Origin: Candidatus Latescibacterota bacterium
GTDB taxonomy: Bacteria > Latescibacterota > UBA2968 > GCA-2709665
Assembly: GCA_965226795.1 (NCBI GenBank)
Contig: CBDDDZ010000005.1
Location: 1,024,001-1,088,000 of the forward strand
Length of the DNA stretch: 64,000 bases
Reading direction: 5' to 3'
Shown here: piece by piece, positions 45,929 to 56,713 of the stretch
Numbering within the stretch: position 1 is the first letter of the stretch
Layout: each line of letters opens with the position of its first letter
Made by a program: the position numbers and the translations under genes
The notes under the pieces: generated by a model
What the model was told of the DNA's origin: nothing
Seen by the model: only the letters and a program-made list of their open reading frames with translations
The model's database searches: none

Positions 45929-46522
45929 ATGATCGCCTATCTGGAAGGCAATCTGGCCGTGAACAGCCCCACGCATCTGGTCATCGACGTTGCAGGCGTC
46001 GGGTTTTTTGTTCATATTCCGTTATCAAGTTATGACGCCAGCCGGAGTCGGGGTGAAACCCTCAGAATATTGACCCATCTGCATGTGCGCGAGGATGCAC
46101 TGACGATTTACGGATTCGCAACCGAAGCCGAGCGGGATCTGTTCGAGCTGTTGATTTCAGTTTCGGGGATCGGCCCCCCATTGGCCCAGAAGATCCTCTC
46201 CGGCGTCCAAATTCGGATTTTTCGCAGGTTGGTGGCATCCGAAGACGACCTTGGACTCACTCAGATCAAAGGGATTGGGCAGAAACTTGCCCGGCGGTTG
46301 GTGCTCGAATTGAAGGACAGGATTGGCGATATCCCCGATGAAGATATCCGGGAACGGGTATCACCCGTGGTGGCGGGACGGGCGGAGGAAGCGGCAATGG
46401 CGCTTGCGGGTCTGGGTGTGCCCCAGGTACAGGCGCATAGCGTGGTGGCCCGCGTGATCCGAGATCAGGGTAACGACGTACCGGTGGAAGAGATTATCCG
46501 GGAAGCGCTACGGCGTCGATAG
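45929..46522 (+). CDS. ruvA: Holliday junction branch migration protein RuvA
   Basis: MIAYLEG, HVRED, VSGIGP, IKGIGQK. Confidence 0.96.
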   Translation: MIAYLEGNLAVNSPTHLVIDVAGVGFFVHIPLSSYDASRSRGETLRILTHLHVREDALTIYGFATEAERDLFELLISVSGIGPPLAQKILSGVQIRIFRRLVASEDDLGLTQIKGIGQKLARRLVLELKDRIGDIPDEDIRERVSPVVAGRAEEAAMALAGLGVPQVQAHSVVARVIRDQGNDVPVEEIIREALRRR

Positions 46523-46615
46523 TCCCACCGAAAGCGGGAGACCAAATGCTCACGCGGATGTCTCGACGTCGGAGAAAGGCTATGGGATCAGGTCAATAAG
46601 GGAAGACAGATCGGC

Positions 46616-47638
46616 ATGGATGGAAGGATAAGTGATCCCCAGATGCAAGACCAGGACCAGTTTGAAGGCGACGAGCAATTGCGCCCGGCGCGATTTTCAG
46701 ACATGACCGGACAGGAGAAGGTCAAGGAGAAGCTGCGGATTGCGGTCGATGCGGCAATGCACAGGGGCGACGCCATGGACCACGCGCTTCTCTATGGTCC
46801 TCCGGGGCTGGGAAAGACGACGATGGCATTCGTGCTCGCCAACGAACTGGGGGCCGAAATCGTGCCGACTTCGGGCCCTGTGCTTGAACGTGCGGCGGAC
46901 CTGGCGGGGTTGCTGACCAACTTGAGCGAAAAGGACGTCCTGTTTATCGATGAGATCCATCGGATGAACAGGGTAGTGGAGGAGACACTGTATCCCGCGA
47001 TGGAGGATTTCGTGCTGGACATTATGCTCGACAGTGGTCCCGGCGCGCGTTCTTACAGGGTTCCCCTCGAGCGGTTTACACTCATCGGCGCAACCACACG
47101 TTATGGCCTGTTGACGAGTCCAATGCGAGACCGCTTCGGTATCATCGAACGGCTGGACTTTTATACGAAGACGGAACTGACAACAATCGTCGAGCGTGCC
47201 GCGAGAATATTGAAAATAAAGATCTATCCGGAGGCGGCTTTCGAAATTGCGCGCCGGTCACGGGGTACCGCCCGCATTGCGACACGGCTGTTGCGAAGGT
47301 CGCGGGACTATGCGCAGGCGCGCGCGCAGGGTACCATTACGTTCGATGTCGCGGGTCGCGCGCTGGAATTGGCCGGCATCGATAACGAAGGGCTCGACGA
47401 TATGGACCGTCGACTCCTCTCAATGCTGGTGGAGAAGTATGGAGGCGGTCCGGTTGGCTTGAACAACCTGGCGGCCGCACTGGGAGAGGAGCAGGATACC
47501 ATCGAGGATGTATATGAGCCGTACCTGATTCAGGAAGGTTATCTGCTGCGTACCCACAGGGGGCGCCAGGCAACGTCGCTGGCCTATCGGCATTTGGGGT
47601 TAAGTCCTCCGGAAGGACAGCAGGAGCGCCTGTTATGA
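46616..47638 (+). CDS. ruvB: Holliday junction helicase RuvB
   Basis: [26 protein letters not shown]. Confidence 0.98.
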   Translation: MDGRISDPQMQDQDQFEGDEQLRPARFSDMTGQEKVKEKLRIAVDAAMHRGDAMDHALLYGPPGLGKTTMAFVLANELGAEIVPTSGPVLERAADLAGLLTNLSEKDVLFIDEIHRMNRVVEETLYPAMEDFVLDIMLDSGPGARSYRVPLERFTLIGATTRYGLLTSPMRDRFGIIERLDFYTKTELTTIVERAARILKIKIYPEAAFEIARRSRGTARIATRLLRRSRDYAQARAQGTITFDVAGRALELAGIDNEGLDDMDRRLLSMLVEKYGGGPVGLNNLAAALGEEQDTIEDVYEPYLIQEGYLLRTHRGRQATSLAYRHLGLSPPEGQQERLL

Positions 47639-47685
47639 AGCCGGGCGGTGACGGAAACCGTGCTTTCGTGTCGTAAGGCGGAGCG

Positions 47686-48369
47686 ATGTACGTGTTGGGA
47701 ATCGAAACCTCGACGCCGGTTTGTAGTGTGGGGTTGGTGGAAGACGACCGGATGCTGACGTCTTATTCGCAGAATACAGGGTTGCGGCACGCGGAACGGG
47801 CGATGGCGATGGTTGAACGGGCGGTGGAAGACGCGGGACTCATACCAGCGGACCTGCAGGGGGTGGCTGTGGGGTCGGGACCGGGTTCGTTTACGGGCTT
47901 GCGGATTGGAATGGCCGCGGCGAAGGGCTTGTGTATCGCGTTGAACCTGCCGCTGTTGGCAGTGCCGACACTGAAGGGCATGGCGGCACCGTTTGTCTTC
48001 GAGGGTATGCCGGTCTGCGCTATACTCGATGCCCGTCGTGGCGGAGTCTACGCGGGTGTGTACAGTCTTGACACAGGCGTTCTGACCGCGCGCCTGCCAG
48101 ACGGCGCGTTTCCCCTTGAAGATCTGATGCCGAGACTGCCAAAGCCCGTGCTATTTGTCGGCGGAGGCGGATTGACATACCGGGATCGGATCGAGGCGTG
48201 CATGGGTGCGGACGCCCGGTTTGCCCCCGGAGCCGCCCATCCCAGCGGAGCATCCGTGGCGCTTCTGGGCGTTGAAGCCCTGCGGGCCGGGCATGCGGTC
48301 GACGTGGCGACCGCCGAACCGGAATACATGCGCCTGAGCCAGGCGGAGAATGAGGCAGTCACGCGATAG
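47686..48369 (+). CDS. tsaB: tRNA t6A biosynthesis protein TsaB
   Basis: LGIETST, GPGSFTGLRIG, DARR, PEYMR. Confidence 0.96.
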   Translation: MYVLGIETSTPVCSVGLVEDDRMLTSYSQNTGLRHAERAMAMVERAVEDAGLIPADLQGVAVGSGPGSFTGLRIGMAAAKGLCIALNLPLLAVPTLKGMAAPFVFEGMPVCAILDARRGGVYAGVYSLDTGVLTARLPDGAFPLEDLMPRLPKPVLFVGGGGLTYRDRIEACMGADARFAPGAAHPSGASVALLGVEALRAGHAVDVATAEPEYMRLSQAENEAVTR

Positions 48370-48376
48370 CAGGCCG

Positions 48377-48916
48377 ATGCCTGCTCGAAGGAACTCCGAA
48401 CCAATGCAGTTCGACTTGCAGGCGACATCGGAATTTACACTCTATGAAATGGGCGCAGGGCATCTCGATGCGGTTGTGGATATCGAACGCATGGGATTCG
48501 CGGACCCATGGCGGAAACGGGATTTTGAAGACGCGCTGTCCAGACGGAACAACCATTGCCTTGTTTTCCTGAGTGGTAAACGGGTCGTCGCGTATGCAGT
48601 TGGCTTTCTTGTTGCCGGTGAATATCACCTGGCCGATCTGGCAGTGCATCCCGATTTTCGGCGTCGTGGCCTAGGTCGAAAGTTTATGGAGGCCGTGCTG
48701 AGAGGGTTGCCCACTCGAAATGTAAAGGCAGTTACCCTGGAGGTCCGCGTTTCCAATCTGGCGGCCATCGGGCTCTACAGGCAGCTCGGATTTCGGACGG
48801 TGGCGATTTGCCGCGGGTATTACCGTAAGCCCACGGAAGATGCACTTGTTATGTTGAAGGCGTTGAACGGATGTTCTTCCGAGTGGGCGAACGGCGGCAT
48901 TGCGGCCTTTCGTTAG
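48377..48916 (+). CDS. rimI: Ribosomal protein S18-alanine N-acetyltransferase
   Basis: PW, AVHPDFRRRGLG, LEVRVSN, YY...EDA. Start uncertain. Confidence 0.9.
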   Translation: MPARRNSEPMQFDLQATSEFTLYEMGAGHLDAVVDIERMGFADPWRKRDFEDALSRRNNHCLVFLSGKRVVAYAVGFLVAGEYHLADLAVHPDFRRRGLGRKFMEAVLRGLPTRNVKAVTLEVRVSNLAAIGLYRQLGFRTVAICRGYYRKPTEDALVMLKALNGCSSEWANGGIAAFR

Positions 48917-48938
48917 TCATGTAGCAGGTGAGTGGCGT

Positions 48939-50003
48939 ATGTTCGACCAGGCGGTCGCGGGGCAAAAACGCGTGAAGGAGCGGCTTGAGCGGATGACACG
49001 AAGCGCAAATCTGCCGCATGCCCTCCTGTTTACCGGGCCAGAGGGTACGGGCAAGTTGGCCGCAGCCCTTGAAATGGCGAGGAGCCTTTACTGCGAACAG
49101 GGGAAAAAAGGGTGCTGCGAGAATTGCCGGGGATGCAGGAAAACAGCGGGTTTGAATCATCCGGACCTGTCTATTCTGTTTCCGTTTTCTGCGCGAACGT
49201 CGCCCGAAATGGAGCGAGAGACGTTGCGACAGGTCGCAAGAGATCCTTTCGGGTACCCGCTGCCCGCCGACCACGCCACCCTTTCCATTGAGCAGGTTCG
49301 AATGTTGCAGAAGCAGTTTGCATATGGCGCGTTCGAGGGGGGCTGGCGGGTGGCGGTTGTTATGCATGCGGATCGGATGCGGGTGGAAGCCGCCAATGCC
49401 CTGTTGAAAACGCTGGAAGAACCGCCCGCCCGTTCTCTGCTGATTCTTACGTCATCCACCCAGGAGGCTCTGCTGCCGACGATTGTCTCTCGCTGTCAAT
49501 GGGTGGTGTTTTCGTCCGTAGCGGTTGACGACGTGGCGCGGATGTTGATGGACGGGTTGGGGGTCGACGCCGAAAGGGCGTTGTACATAGCGCGATCCTG
49601 CGGCGGAAGCCTTAGGCGCGCCCGTGAAATGGCCGGCGGGGAGGTCGATGACCTGCAAGACCGGTCGTACAGGTTTCTTTCGGCGCTCCTTTGGGACGAG
49701 GAGGTCAGAACCCACGCGGCACTGGAGAAACTGGCTGCAGATCGAGATGAAGCGCTGCAACTGCTCGGCGGCGCGGAGGTGTGGCTGCGGGACGTCCTGC
49801 TTCTCCGGTATGGCGATGCCGATGGAGTGACCCACAAGCGAAGGGCGGAAGATATTCAGCGTTTGTCCCGTGCGTTCGGCCTGGAGAGATTGCAGCGGAC
49901 AGCCGGCAGGATCGAGTCGGTGCGGGAAATGAATCGCCGCAACGTGAATCTGTACGTCGGCCTCGTTTCGCTCTGGCGCGAGGTCAAGAGAGTCGGTAAT
50001 TAG
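48939..50003 (+). CDS. holB: DNA polymerase III subunit delta'
   Basis: HALLFTGPEGTGK, Zn-binding cysteines, HPD, AANALLKTLEEPP, LLPTIVSRC. Confidence 0.93.
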   Translation: MFDQAVAGQKRVKERLERMTRSANLPHALLFTGPEGTGKLAAALEMARSLYCEQGKKGCCENCRGCRKTAGLNHPDLSILFPFSARTSPEMERETLRQVARDPFGYPLPADHATLSIEQVRMLQKQFAYGAFEGGWRVAVVMHADRMRVEAANALLKTLEEPPARSLLILTSSTQEALLPTIVSRCQWVVFSSVAVDDVARMLMDGLGVDAERALYIARSCGGSLRRAREMAGGEVDDLQDRSYRFLSALLWDEEVRTHAALEKLAADRDEALQLLGGAEVWLRDVLLLRYGDADGVTHKRRAEDIQRLSRAFGLERLQRTAGRIESVREMNRRNVNLYVGLVSLWREVKRVGN

Positions 50004-50493
50004 TCGGCTTGCCCTTCGGACACCGTCAAGCATCGAATTTATCGCCTTGACAGACGGGCGAATCTCGAAGCGATAGGCGCTCAGCAGACAGCGGCCAGCC
50101 CCTTCTACCGGAAACCAATCGCCGTTTGCGTTGTCTGAACATTTCCGTCTCGCGACTTGCAGCCTTTATAATTCGGTGAGAAGGTAGACGTAAGACGTTT
50201 GAGGAACACACCCGGACAAGAGCGAGACGCCAGAAGTGAGAAGTAAGAGGTCCAACCCTCTCCCCGCGGATCTCGCACCCGAGTGTGTATACCGCCCGTC
50301 GAAATCGCTATAGCTTCGTCTTGGCGAGGGTCGGTACGCGGAACGTCAAGTGTCGAGGTTGTCTGCACGTCTGGCCTCTTGCGGTCTTTTTTGCATTTTC
50401 TAACGTCTTCCGTCTCACGTCCTGCTCCTGGGTTGGGGTGGATGGGCGGCGCGACCGCTGACAGCTTGTTTTCAGACCTGGAAGGTTGGGTGA

Positions 50494-52398
50494 ATGGGGC
50501 GGTTCTATATTACAACACCGATATACTATGTGAATGACGAGCCGCATCTTGGCCATGCATACACGACCATCGTGGCGGATGTGTTTGCCAGGTATCATCG
50601 GGTTGCGGGCGACGAAGTGCTGTTTCTGACCGGGACGGACGAGCACGGTCAGAAAGTGGCGCAGGCAGCGAAGGAGCGCGGGATCAATCCGCAGGAACAC
50701 TGCGACGAGATGGTCGAGCGCTTCCGGAAACTCTGGTCGTTTTTGAATATCTCATACGATGACTTCATCCGTACAACCGAATCCAGGCATCGGCACGTCG
50801 TGCAGGAGATTCTTCAGCGTCTCTACGACGCGGGGGAGATCTACGCGGACGATTACGAGGGCTGGTATTGCGTGCCGGACGAACGGTTTTGGACGGAGAA
50901 GGATCTGTTGGACGGGAAATGTCCGGAGTGCGGGCGCAAGGTGGCGCGGATATCCGAGAAGAATTATTTCTTCCGCATGGGGAAATATCAAAAGTGGCTG
51001 ACAGACCACATCCGAAACGATTCAACCTTTGTGCTTCCCGCAACGCGCAGAAACGAGATGCTCGGGTTTCTGCGCCGGCCATTGAACGATTTGTGTATCT
51101 CCCGTCCGAAGGCCCGCTTGTCATGGGGCATTCCATTGCCATTTGACAACTCGTATGTGTGTTATGTCTGGTTCGACGCGCTGATCAATTACATTACGGC
51201 CGCGGGTTATCTTCAGGATACCCATGCGTTTGCACGGTGGTGGCCCGCTTCCTGCCATCTGATAGGCAAAGACATTCTGACCACGCACTGCATCTACTGG
51301 CCGACGATGTTGAAGGCTATGGGTGTTGAGACTCCGGACACGGTGATGGCCCATGGGTGGTGGCTCGTCGACGACGAAAAGATGAGCAAGTCTCTGGGCA
51401 ATGCGATTCGTCCCCTGGATCTGGCGGAGAAATACGGCGTGGACGCCTTTCGATATTTTCTGGTACGCGAGATGGTGCTGGGGATGGACAGCAGTTTCGG
51501 CGAATCGGGATTCGTCCACCGGTATAATTCCGAATTGGCAAACGACCTGGGCAATTTACTGAATCGCACCGTCGTTATGGCCACCAGATACCTGGGCGGG
51601 CGGGTGCCCGAGGCAGACGTGAACCACCCTGACCTTTCCGCGTTGAAAGGGCAGGCGCGCAAGACGCTGGATGGCGTGATCGACGCGCTGGGAAACATGA
51701 ACCCCACGGGAATTCTCGATGCGATATGGGACCTCGTCCGGCAGGCAAATCGTTTCGCGGAAGTGCAGGCGCCGTGGAGCCTGGCCAGGGATCCTGACAG
51801 CAAAGAAACACTTAGGGCGACAATCTACGGCCTTCTTGAAACGATGCGCTATCTGGCGGTGCTGCTCTTTCCGGTGCTGCCCGGTAAGGCAGGGGAGATC
51901 TGGGAGCAGATAGGTGCGGATGGCGATTTGGATATGCAGACGATGCATGCCCTTCATTCCTGGGGCGGTCTGCGCGCCGGGGCGGAGGTAAGTGCACGTG
52001 GCCCGATTTTTCCCAGGATCGAGTCGGTAGAAGAAGACCTCTTGGAGAAAAATGACATGGCTGACAGGAAAGAAGATCTGGTAACGTTCAAGGAGTTTCA
52101 GAAGCTTGAGTTTCGCGTGGCCACGGTGGAATCCGCCAAACGAGTTCCCGGCGCCGACCGGCTGCTGACACTGCGGGTCAGCCTGGGTGACCAGCAGCGC
52201 CAGATTGTGGCCGGGTTGGCGGAACATTATCTCCCGGAATCGCTGGTGGGGCGTCAGATTGTGGTGGTGGCCAATATGGAGCCGGCGACCATCCGCGGCG
52301 TGGCGTCGGAAGGTATGCTGCTGGCGGCGGCGGCGGACGGTCGTGTTGCCCTTCTCCAGCCGGATGCACGCGTTCCCGACGGAGCGGAGGTGGGTTGA
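50494..52398 (+). CDS. metG: Methionine--tRNA ligase with C-terminal tRNA-binding domain
   Basis: HLGH, GTDEHG, KMSKS, C-terminal OB (Trbp111-like) domain. Confidence 0.98.
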   Translation: MGRFYITTPIYYVNDEPHLGHAYTTIVADVFARYHRVAGDEVLFLTGTDEHGQKVAQAAKERGINPQEHCDEMVERFRKLWSFLNISYDDFIRTTESRHRHVVQEILQRLYDAGEIYADDYEGWYCVPDERFWTEKDLLDGKCPECGRKVARISEKNYFFRMGKYQKWLTDHIRNDSTFVLPATRRNEMLGFLRRPLNDLCISRPKARLSWGIPLPFDNSYVCYVWFDALINYITAAGYLQDTHAFARWWPASCHLIGKDILTTHCIYWPTMLKAMGVETPDTVMAHGWWLVDDEKMSKSLGNAIRPLDLAEKYGVDAFRYFLVREMVLGMDSSFGESGFVHRYNSELANDLGNLLNRTVVMATRYLGGRVPEADVNHPDLSALKGQARKTLDGVIDALGNMNPTGILDAIWDLVRQANRFAEVQAPWSLARDPDSKETLRATIYGLLETMRYLAVLLFPVLPGKAGEIWEQIGADGDLDMQTMHALHSWGGLRAGAEVSARGPIFPRIESVEEDLLEKNDMADRKEDLVTFKEFQKLEFRVATVESAKRVPGADRLLTLRVSLGDQQRQIVAGLAEHYLPESLVGRQIVVVANMEPATIRGVASEGMLLAAAADGRVALLQPDARVPDGAEVG

Positions 52399-52403
52399 GG
52401 ACA

Positions 52404-53168
52404 ATGCTTGTCGATACCCATGCCCATCTGAATTTTCCACAGTTTCTGGGGGAGGAAGAAGCGATTATCCGGCGGGCCAGCGAGGCAGGGGTAGGACGCA
52501 TTGTCAACGTGGGTACAAACCTGGATGTGAGCCGTAGGGCGCTGGATCTGGCTTTGCGGCACGAGGGAATCTATGCAACCGTGGGGTTCCATCCGCACGA
52601 CGTCGAACTGGCCGACGCGTCCGGCTTGAAGGCGCTGAAGCGGCTTGCATTAAATGAGAAGGTTGTGGCGGTGGGTGAGACGGGTCTGGATTTCTATCGG
52701 GATTATGCGCCCCGAACCCTTCAGGAGCGGATTTTCCGGTTTCATATACGCCTGGCACGGCAGGCGGGACTTCCGCTTATTATCCACAGTCGCGGCGCCG
52801 AGGACCGGGCAATGGAGATTCTCGAGGCCGAAGGCGGCATTGCGACTGGGGGGGCGTTGCACTGTTTTGGCGGACATCCGGACCAGGCGAAGCGGGCAGT
52901 GGATCTTGGCTTCCATCTGGGATTCGGCGGAACGGTGACGTATAAACGCTCCTCTTCGTTATCTGTGGCGATGGGCATTCCGCCGGATAGGGTGCTACTG
53001 GAGACCGATTGCCCGTATCTTGCGCCGGTCCCGCATCGGGGCCGGCGGAATGAACCGGCTTACGTAAGGCAAATTGCCGAGTTCCTCGCCCGATGCGCGG
53101 ACGAGCCGGTGGAAAGGTTAGCCGCTCGAACCACGGAGAATGCCCGCCGGCTTTTCGGGTTGATGTGA
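52404..53168 (+). CDS. tatD: TatD family DNase
   Basis: DTHAH, GETGLD, HSR, HCF, ETDCPYL. Confidence 0.95.
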   Translation: MLVDTHAHLNFPQFLGEEEAIIRRASEAGVGRIVNVGTNLDVSRRALDLALRHEGIYATVGFHPHDVELADASGLKALKRLALNEKVVAVGETGLDFYRDYAPRTLQERIFRFHIRLARQAGLPLIIHSRGAEDRAMEILEAEGGIATGGALHCFGGHPDQAKRAVDLGFHLGFGGTVTYKRSSSLSVAMGIPPDRVLLETDCPYLAPVPHRGRRNEPAYVRQIAEFLARCADEPVERLAARTTENARRLFGLM

Positions 53169-53968
53169 TGATGAAGCCCAAAAAGGGCCTTGCGCAGCAT
53201 TTTCTGACCGACGCAGGGACCGCCCACAAGATTGTCAGAGCGGCTGGCGCCAACGCGGACGATCTGGTCGTTGAAATCGGCCCGGGCCGAGGCGCGCTGA
53301 CCGACCCATTGTTGGCGCAATCGGCTAGGGTGATCGGGATCGAACGGGATGAGGCGCTGTGTGGTTTCCTGCTGTCGAAATTCGGCCACAGATTGCGTCT
53401 GTGCAACCAGGATGTGTTAGCTGTTGACTTTCGAGAACTGATTCGCGGGCAAGGATTTGAACGGGCGATTCTGGTGGGCAACCTGCCGTACAACATCACG
53501 GGTGCGGTTATCCAGCGAATCCTGGATGCACGGGTCCAGTTTAGGCGAGCCGTCCTGACCGTTCAGCGGGAGGTTGCCCGACGGATCGTCGCCGCGCCGG
53601 GCAGCAGGGACTATGGGGTTCTATCGATTGCCGTTCAGCTGCATACCCGACCCGAGATACTCTTCGACCTGTCTCCCGGTGTGTTTTATCCGGCACCCAG
53701 GGTCTTTTCGTCCGTTATGCGACTGGACTTCGACCGTAAGACGCCCTTCCGGATCCGGGATGAGGAATTCTTCTTTCGCGTGGTCCGTACGGCTTTCGGT
53801 CAGCGACGGAAGATGTTGAAGAATACCCTTCTGGGTATGGTAAACGGCAAGATTGAGATCCTGCAGCGCGTGGGTGCAGTGGCGGACATTGATTTCAGGT
53901 TGCGACCGGAAGCGATTTCCATATCGCAGTTTGAGCGGATTTGCCGCGCTCTCAAGGCATCCTGTTAA
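53168..53968 (+). CDS. rsmA: 16S rRNA m6(2)A1518/1519 dimethyltransferase
   Basis: AQHFL, EIGPGRG, NLPY, QRRKML; TGATG overlap with tatD. Confidence 0.96.
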   Translation: MMKPKKGLAQHFLTDAGTAHKIVRAAGANADDLVVEIGPGRGALTDPLLAQSARVIGIERDEALCGFLLSKFGHRLRLCNQDVLAVDFRELIRGQGFERAILVGNLPYNITGAVIQRILDARVQFRRAVLTVQREVARRIVAAPGSRDYGVLSIAVQLHTRPEILFDLSPGVFYPAPRVFSSVMRLDFDRKTPFRIRDEEFFFRVVRTAFGQRRKMLKNTLLGMVNGKIEILQRVGAVADIDFRLRPEAISISQFERICRALKASC

Positions 53969-54266
53969 AATACCGGGCATATTCGACGGATCCGATAACG
54001 TTTATGTGGAACACGCCATTGCGGATTGCCGACATTGCCGCGCAGAATCGTCCGCCCGGCCAATACCCTGTCCACATCGGGCGTTGTGGACCTGTGCATA
54101 AATGAAGAAGGTGTTGGGAAGTTCCAGGTTGAATCCACCTGATGGGTACACGGCTCCCACGGCCCGCAAAGGGCCGGCGGCGGGAGTAAAGGGTGACGTG
54201 ATGCAGGCGATATGTCTGTGAGGGACGTTTCCAGCAGAATACACATCCATCCAAAAAGGATTAGAA

Positions 54267-55196
54267 ATGCCTCCGATGCCGAAGGCGGACAAGATCTGGT
54301 TTAACGGAAAGTTCGTGGATTGGGACGACGCCAGGATTCACGTGTTGTCACACGTCGTGCACTACGGATCCAGTGTATTTGAGGGGGTTCGCTGTTACAA
54401 TACGCGGAGGGGACCGGCCTGTTTCCGTTTGGCGGATCACGTGAACCGTCTGTACGATTCTGCCAAGATCTACCGGATGCCAATTCCCTATGAACGTGAG
54501 GAATTGTCTCAGGCCATTCCGGAGTCCATCCGCACGAACGGACTGAAGGCCTGTTATGTGCGTCCCGTCATCTTTCGAGGATACCGGAGTCTGGGCGTGG
54601 ATCCCTCGTCCTGTCCCGTCGAAGTCGTGATCGCCGTGTGGGAATGGGGCGCCTATCTGGGCGAGGACGCTCTGGAAAAGGGGGCCATGGTGCGATTTTC
54701 CTCGTGGAACCGCCTCGCGCCAAATACGATGCCGTCGTTGGCCAAGGTGGGGGCCAATTACATGAACTCGCAGCTGATCAAGCTGGAGGCGCTCGCGGAT
54801 GGATACGTGGAAGGGATCGCGCTGGATGCACAGGGCCACGTGAGCGAAGCCAGCGGAGAAAACATCTTTATGGTGAAGAACGGCGCGATCTACACCCCCT
54901 CCACCGGATCGTCGATTCTGCCTGGTATTACCCGTCATACGGTGATTACGCTGGCGCGAGATCTGGGATACGCGGTCACTCAGCGCGCCATCCCGAGAGA
55001 GTCATTATATATCGCCGATGAAGTCTTTTTTACGGGCACGGCGGCCGAGGTGACGCCAATTGCGCAGATTGATCACATTCCGATCGGCGAAGGGACCCGC
55101 GGGCCCATCACAAAGGCGCTGCAGGACGCTTTTTTTGGTGTTGTGTCGGGCGAGACGGACGACCGGCACGGCTGGTTGACCTTTGTTAATCAATGA
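54267..55196 (+). CDS. ilvE: Branched-chain amino acid aminotransferase
   Basis: [36 protein letters not shown]. Confidence 0.97.
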   Translation: MPPMPKADKIWFNGKFVDWDDARIHVLSHVVHYGSSVFEGVRCYNTRRGPACFRLADHVNRLYDSAKIYRMPIPYEREELSQAIPESIRTNGLKACYVRPVIFRGYRSLGVDPSSCPVEVVIAVWEWGAYLGEDALEKGAMVRFSSWNRLAPNTMPSLAKVGANYMNSQLIKLEALADGYVEGIALDAQGHVSEASGENIFMVKNGAIYTPSTGSSILPGITRHTVITLARDLGYAVTQRAIPRESLYIADEVFFTGTAAEVTPIAQIDHIPIGEGTRGPITKALQDAFFGVVSGETDDRHGWLTFVNQ

Positions 55197-55265
55197 ACCC
55201 ATAATTATCCTGGAAACCACGTTAACACAAAGGAACTCCGGATCGAACGCGCCGGATGCACGGAT

Positions 55266-56084
55266 ATGGACGAAATCAGAGACAAAAATATTGCCGTCGT
55301 CGGTGCCGGAAATATGGGCGGTGCGTTGATTGCGGGTCTGGTGCAATCCGGTACTCTGCCGCCGGAACGGGTGACGGCCGTGGATATCGACGCTGCATTG
55401 TTGGACGAGCATCGGCAGACGCTGGGGGTGAATACAAGCCGTGACGCCGCTGCAGTCGCCGCGGAACAGGACGTGGTGGTACTGGGTTTGAAGCCTCAGG
55501 TCTGGGCCTCGGTTGTCGCACCGCTTGTGCCGTCGCTTACCGGTCGACAGATGGTGCTTTCGATTATGGGCGGCGTACGTACCGAGGCGATTGAAGAAGT
55601 ACTGGGCGGGCGGGTTCCGGTTGTGCGGGCGATGCCGAATATTCTTGCGCAGATTCGTGCGTCTGTGGCTGCCATTTGCCCGGGGCGATTCACGCAGGAA
55701 GCACATATGGCGGCGGCTGAAGCCATCCTGCAAACGGTCGGTGAGTCGGTGCGCTTGAGCGAAGCACAAATGGATGCTGTAACGGGGCTTTCCGGCAGCG
55801 GCCCCGCATTTGTGTATCTAATAATCGATGCGCTGGCCGACGGGGGCGTGAAGATGGGAATTCCGAAGCCCGTGGCGCTAAAACTGGCCGCACACACGGT
55901 TTTTGGCAGCGCAAAGATGGTGATCCAGAGCGGACAGCACCCGGCGGTGTTGAAAGACCAGGTTACGTCCGCTGGCGGTACGACCATAGCCGGATTGCAG
56001 GCCCTGGAACAAGGCGGAATTCGCGCTGCGTTGATGAAGGCGGTGGAGGCTGCGACTCGGCGGTCGGAGGAGTTGGGAGCATAA
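55266..56084 (+). CDS. proC: Pyrroline-5-carboxylate reductase
   Basis: GAGNMG, RAMPN, GSGPAF, VTSAGGTT. Confidence 0.97.
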   Translation: MDEIRDKNIAVVGAGNMGGALIAGLVQSGTLPPERVTAVDIDAALLDEHRQTLGVNTSRDAAAVAAEQDVVVLGLKPQVWASVVAPLVPSLTGRQMVLSIMGGVRTEAIEEVLGGRVPVVRAMPNILAQIRASVAAICPGRFTQEAHMAAAEAILQTVGESVRLSEAQMDAVTGLSGSGPAFVYLIIDALADGGVKMGIPKPVALKLAAHTVFGSAKMVIQSGQHPAVLKDQVTSAGGTTIAGLQALEQGGIRAALMKAVEAATRRSEELGA

Positions 56085-56107
56085 CGGGGTTACGGACGGG
56101 GGTTGTA

Positions 56108-56713
56108 ATGATTGTAATTGTGAACTGCGGCATGGGCAATCTGCGAAGCGTGCAAAAGGGATTTGAACGCGTCGGTCACGCCGCGGTGATTACGGATCGC
56201 CCGGAAGATGTGAACCGTGCTGACCGCGTGGTATTGCCCGGAGTCGGGGCCTTTGGAGATGCGATGGTGAACCTGAATGCAGCGGGGCTGATCGAACCCC
56301 TCATGGATTCGATTGCCAGCGGTCGTCCATTCCTGGGGATCTGCGTCGGTCTCCAGCTTCTTTTTACCGAAAGCAACGAGATGGGCCGCCACCGCGGATT
56401 TGGCGTTTTACCCGGTTCTGTACGACGGTTCCCGGACGGTGTGCGAGTACCGCAGATCGGGTGGAACCAGATTCAAATCCAAAAACAGACGCCACTTCTG
56501 ACGGGCATTCCCGACGAGGCATTCTTCTATTTCGTGCATTCATACTACGTGGATCCTGAAGTCGAGACAGATTGTGTGGCGACAACGGATTACGCGCTTG
56601 ACTACACGTCGATCGCGGGCCGAGGGGCCACCTACGGGATACAGTTTCACCCCGAGAAGAGCCAGGACCTCGGACTGCGAATCCTGAAGAATTTCGTGGA
56701 GCGGGTATGCTAG
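56108..56713 (+). CDS. hisH: Imidazole glycerol phosphate synthase glutaminase subunit
   Basis: PGVG, GICVG, YFVHSY, QFHPEKS. Confidence 0.97.
   Translation: MIVIVNCGMGNLRSVQKGFERVGHAAVITDRPEDVNRADRVVLPGVGAFGDAMVNLNAAGLIEPLMDSIASGRPFLGICVGLQLLFTESNEMGRHRGFGVLPGSVRRFPDGVRVPQIGWNQIQIQKQTPLLTGIPDEAFFYFVHSYYVDPEVETDCVATTDYALDYTSIAGRGATYGIQFHPEKSQDLGLRILKNFVERVC

Noticed and set aside
50420..50493. T-box or SAM riboswitch upstream of metG
   Set aside because: No GGTGGNACC T-box bulge with terminator and no SAM-I core consensus found.
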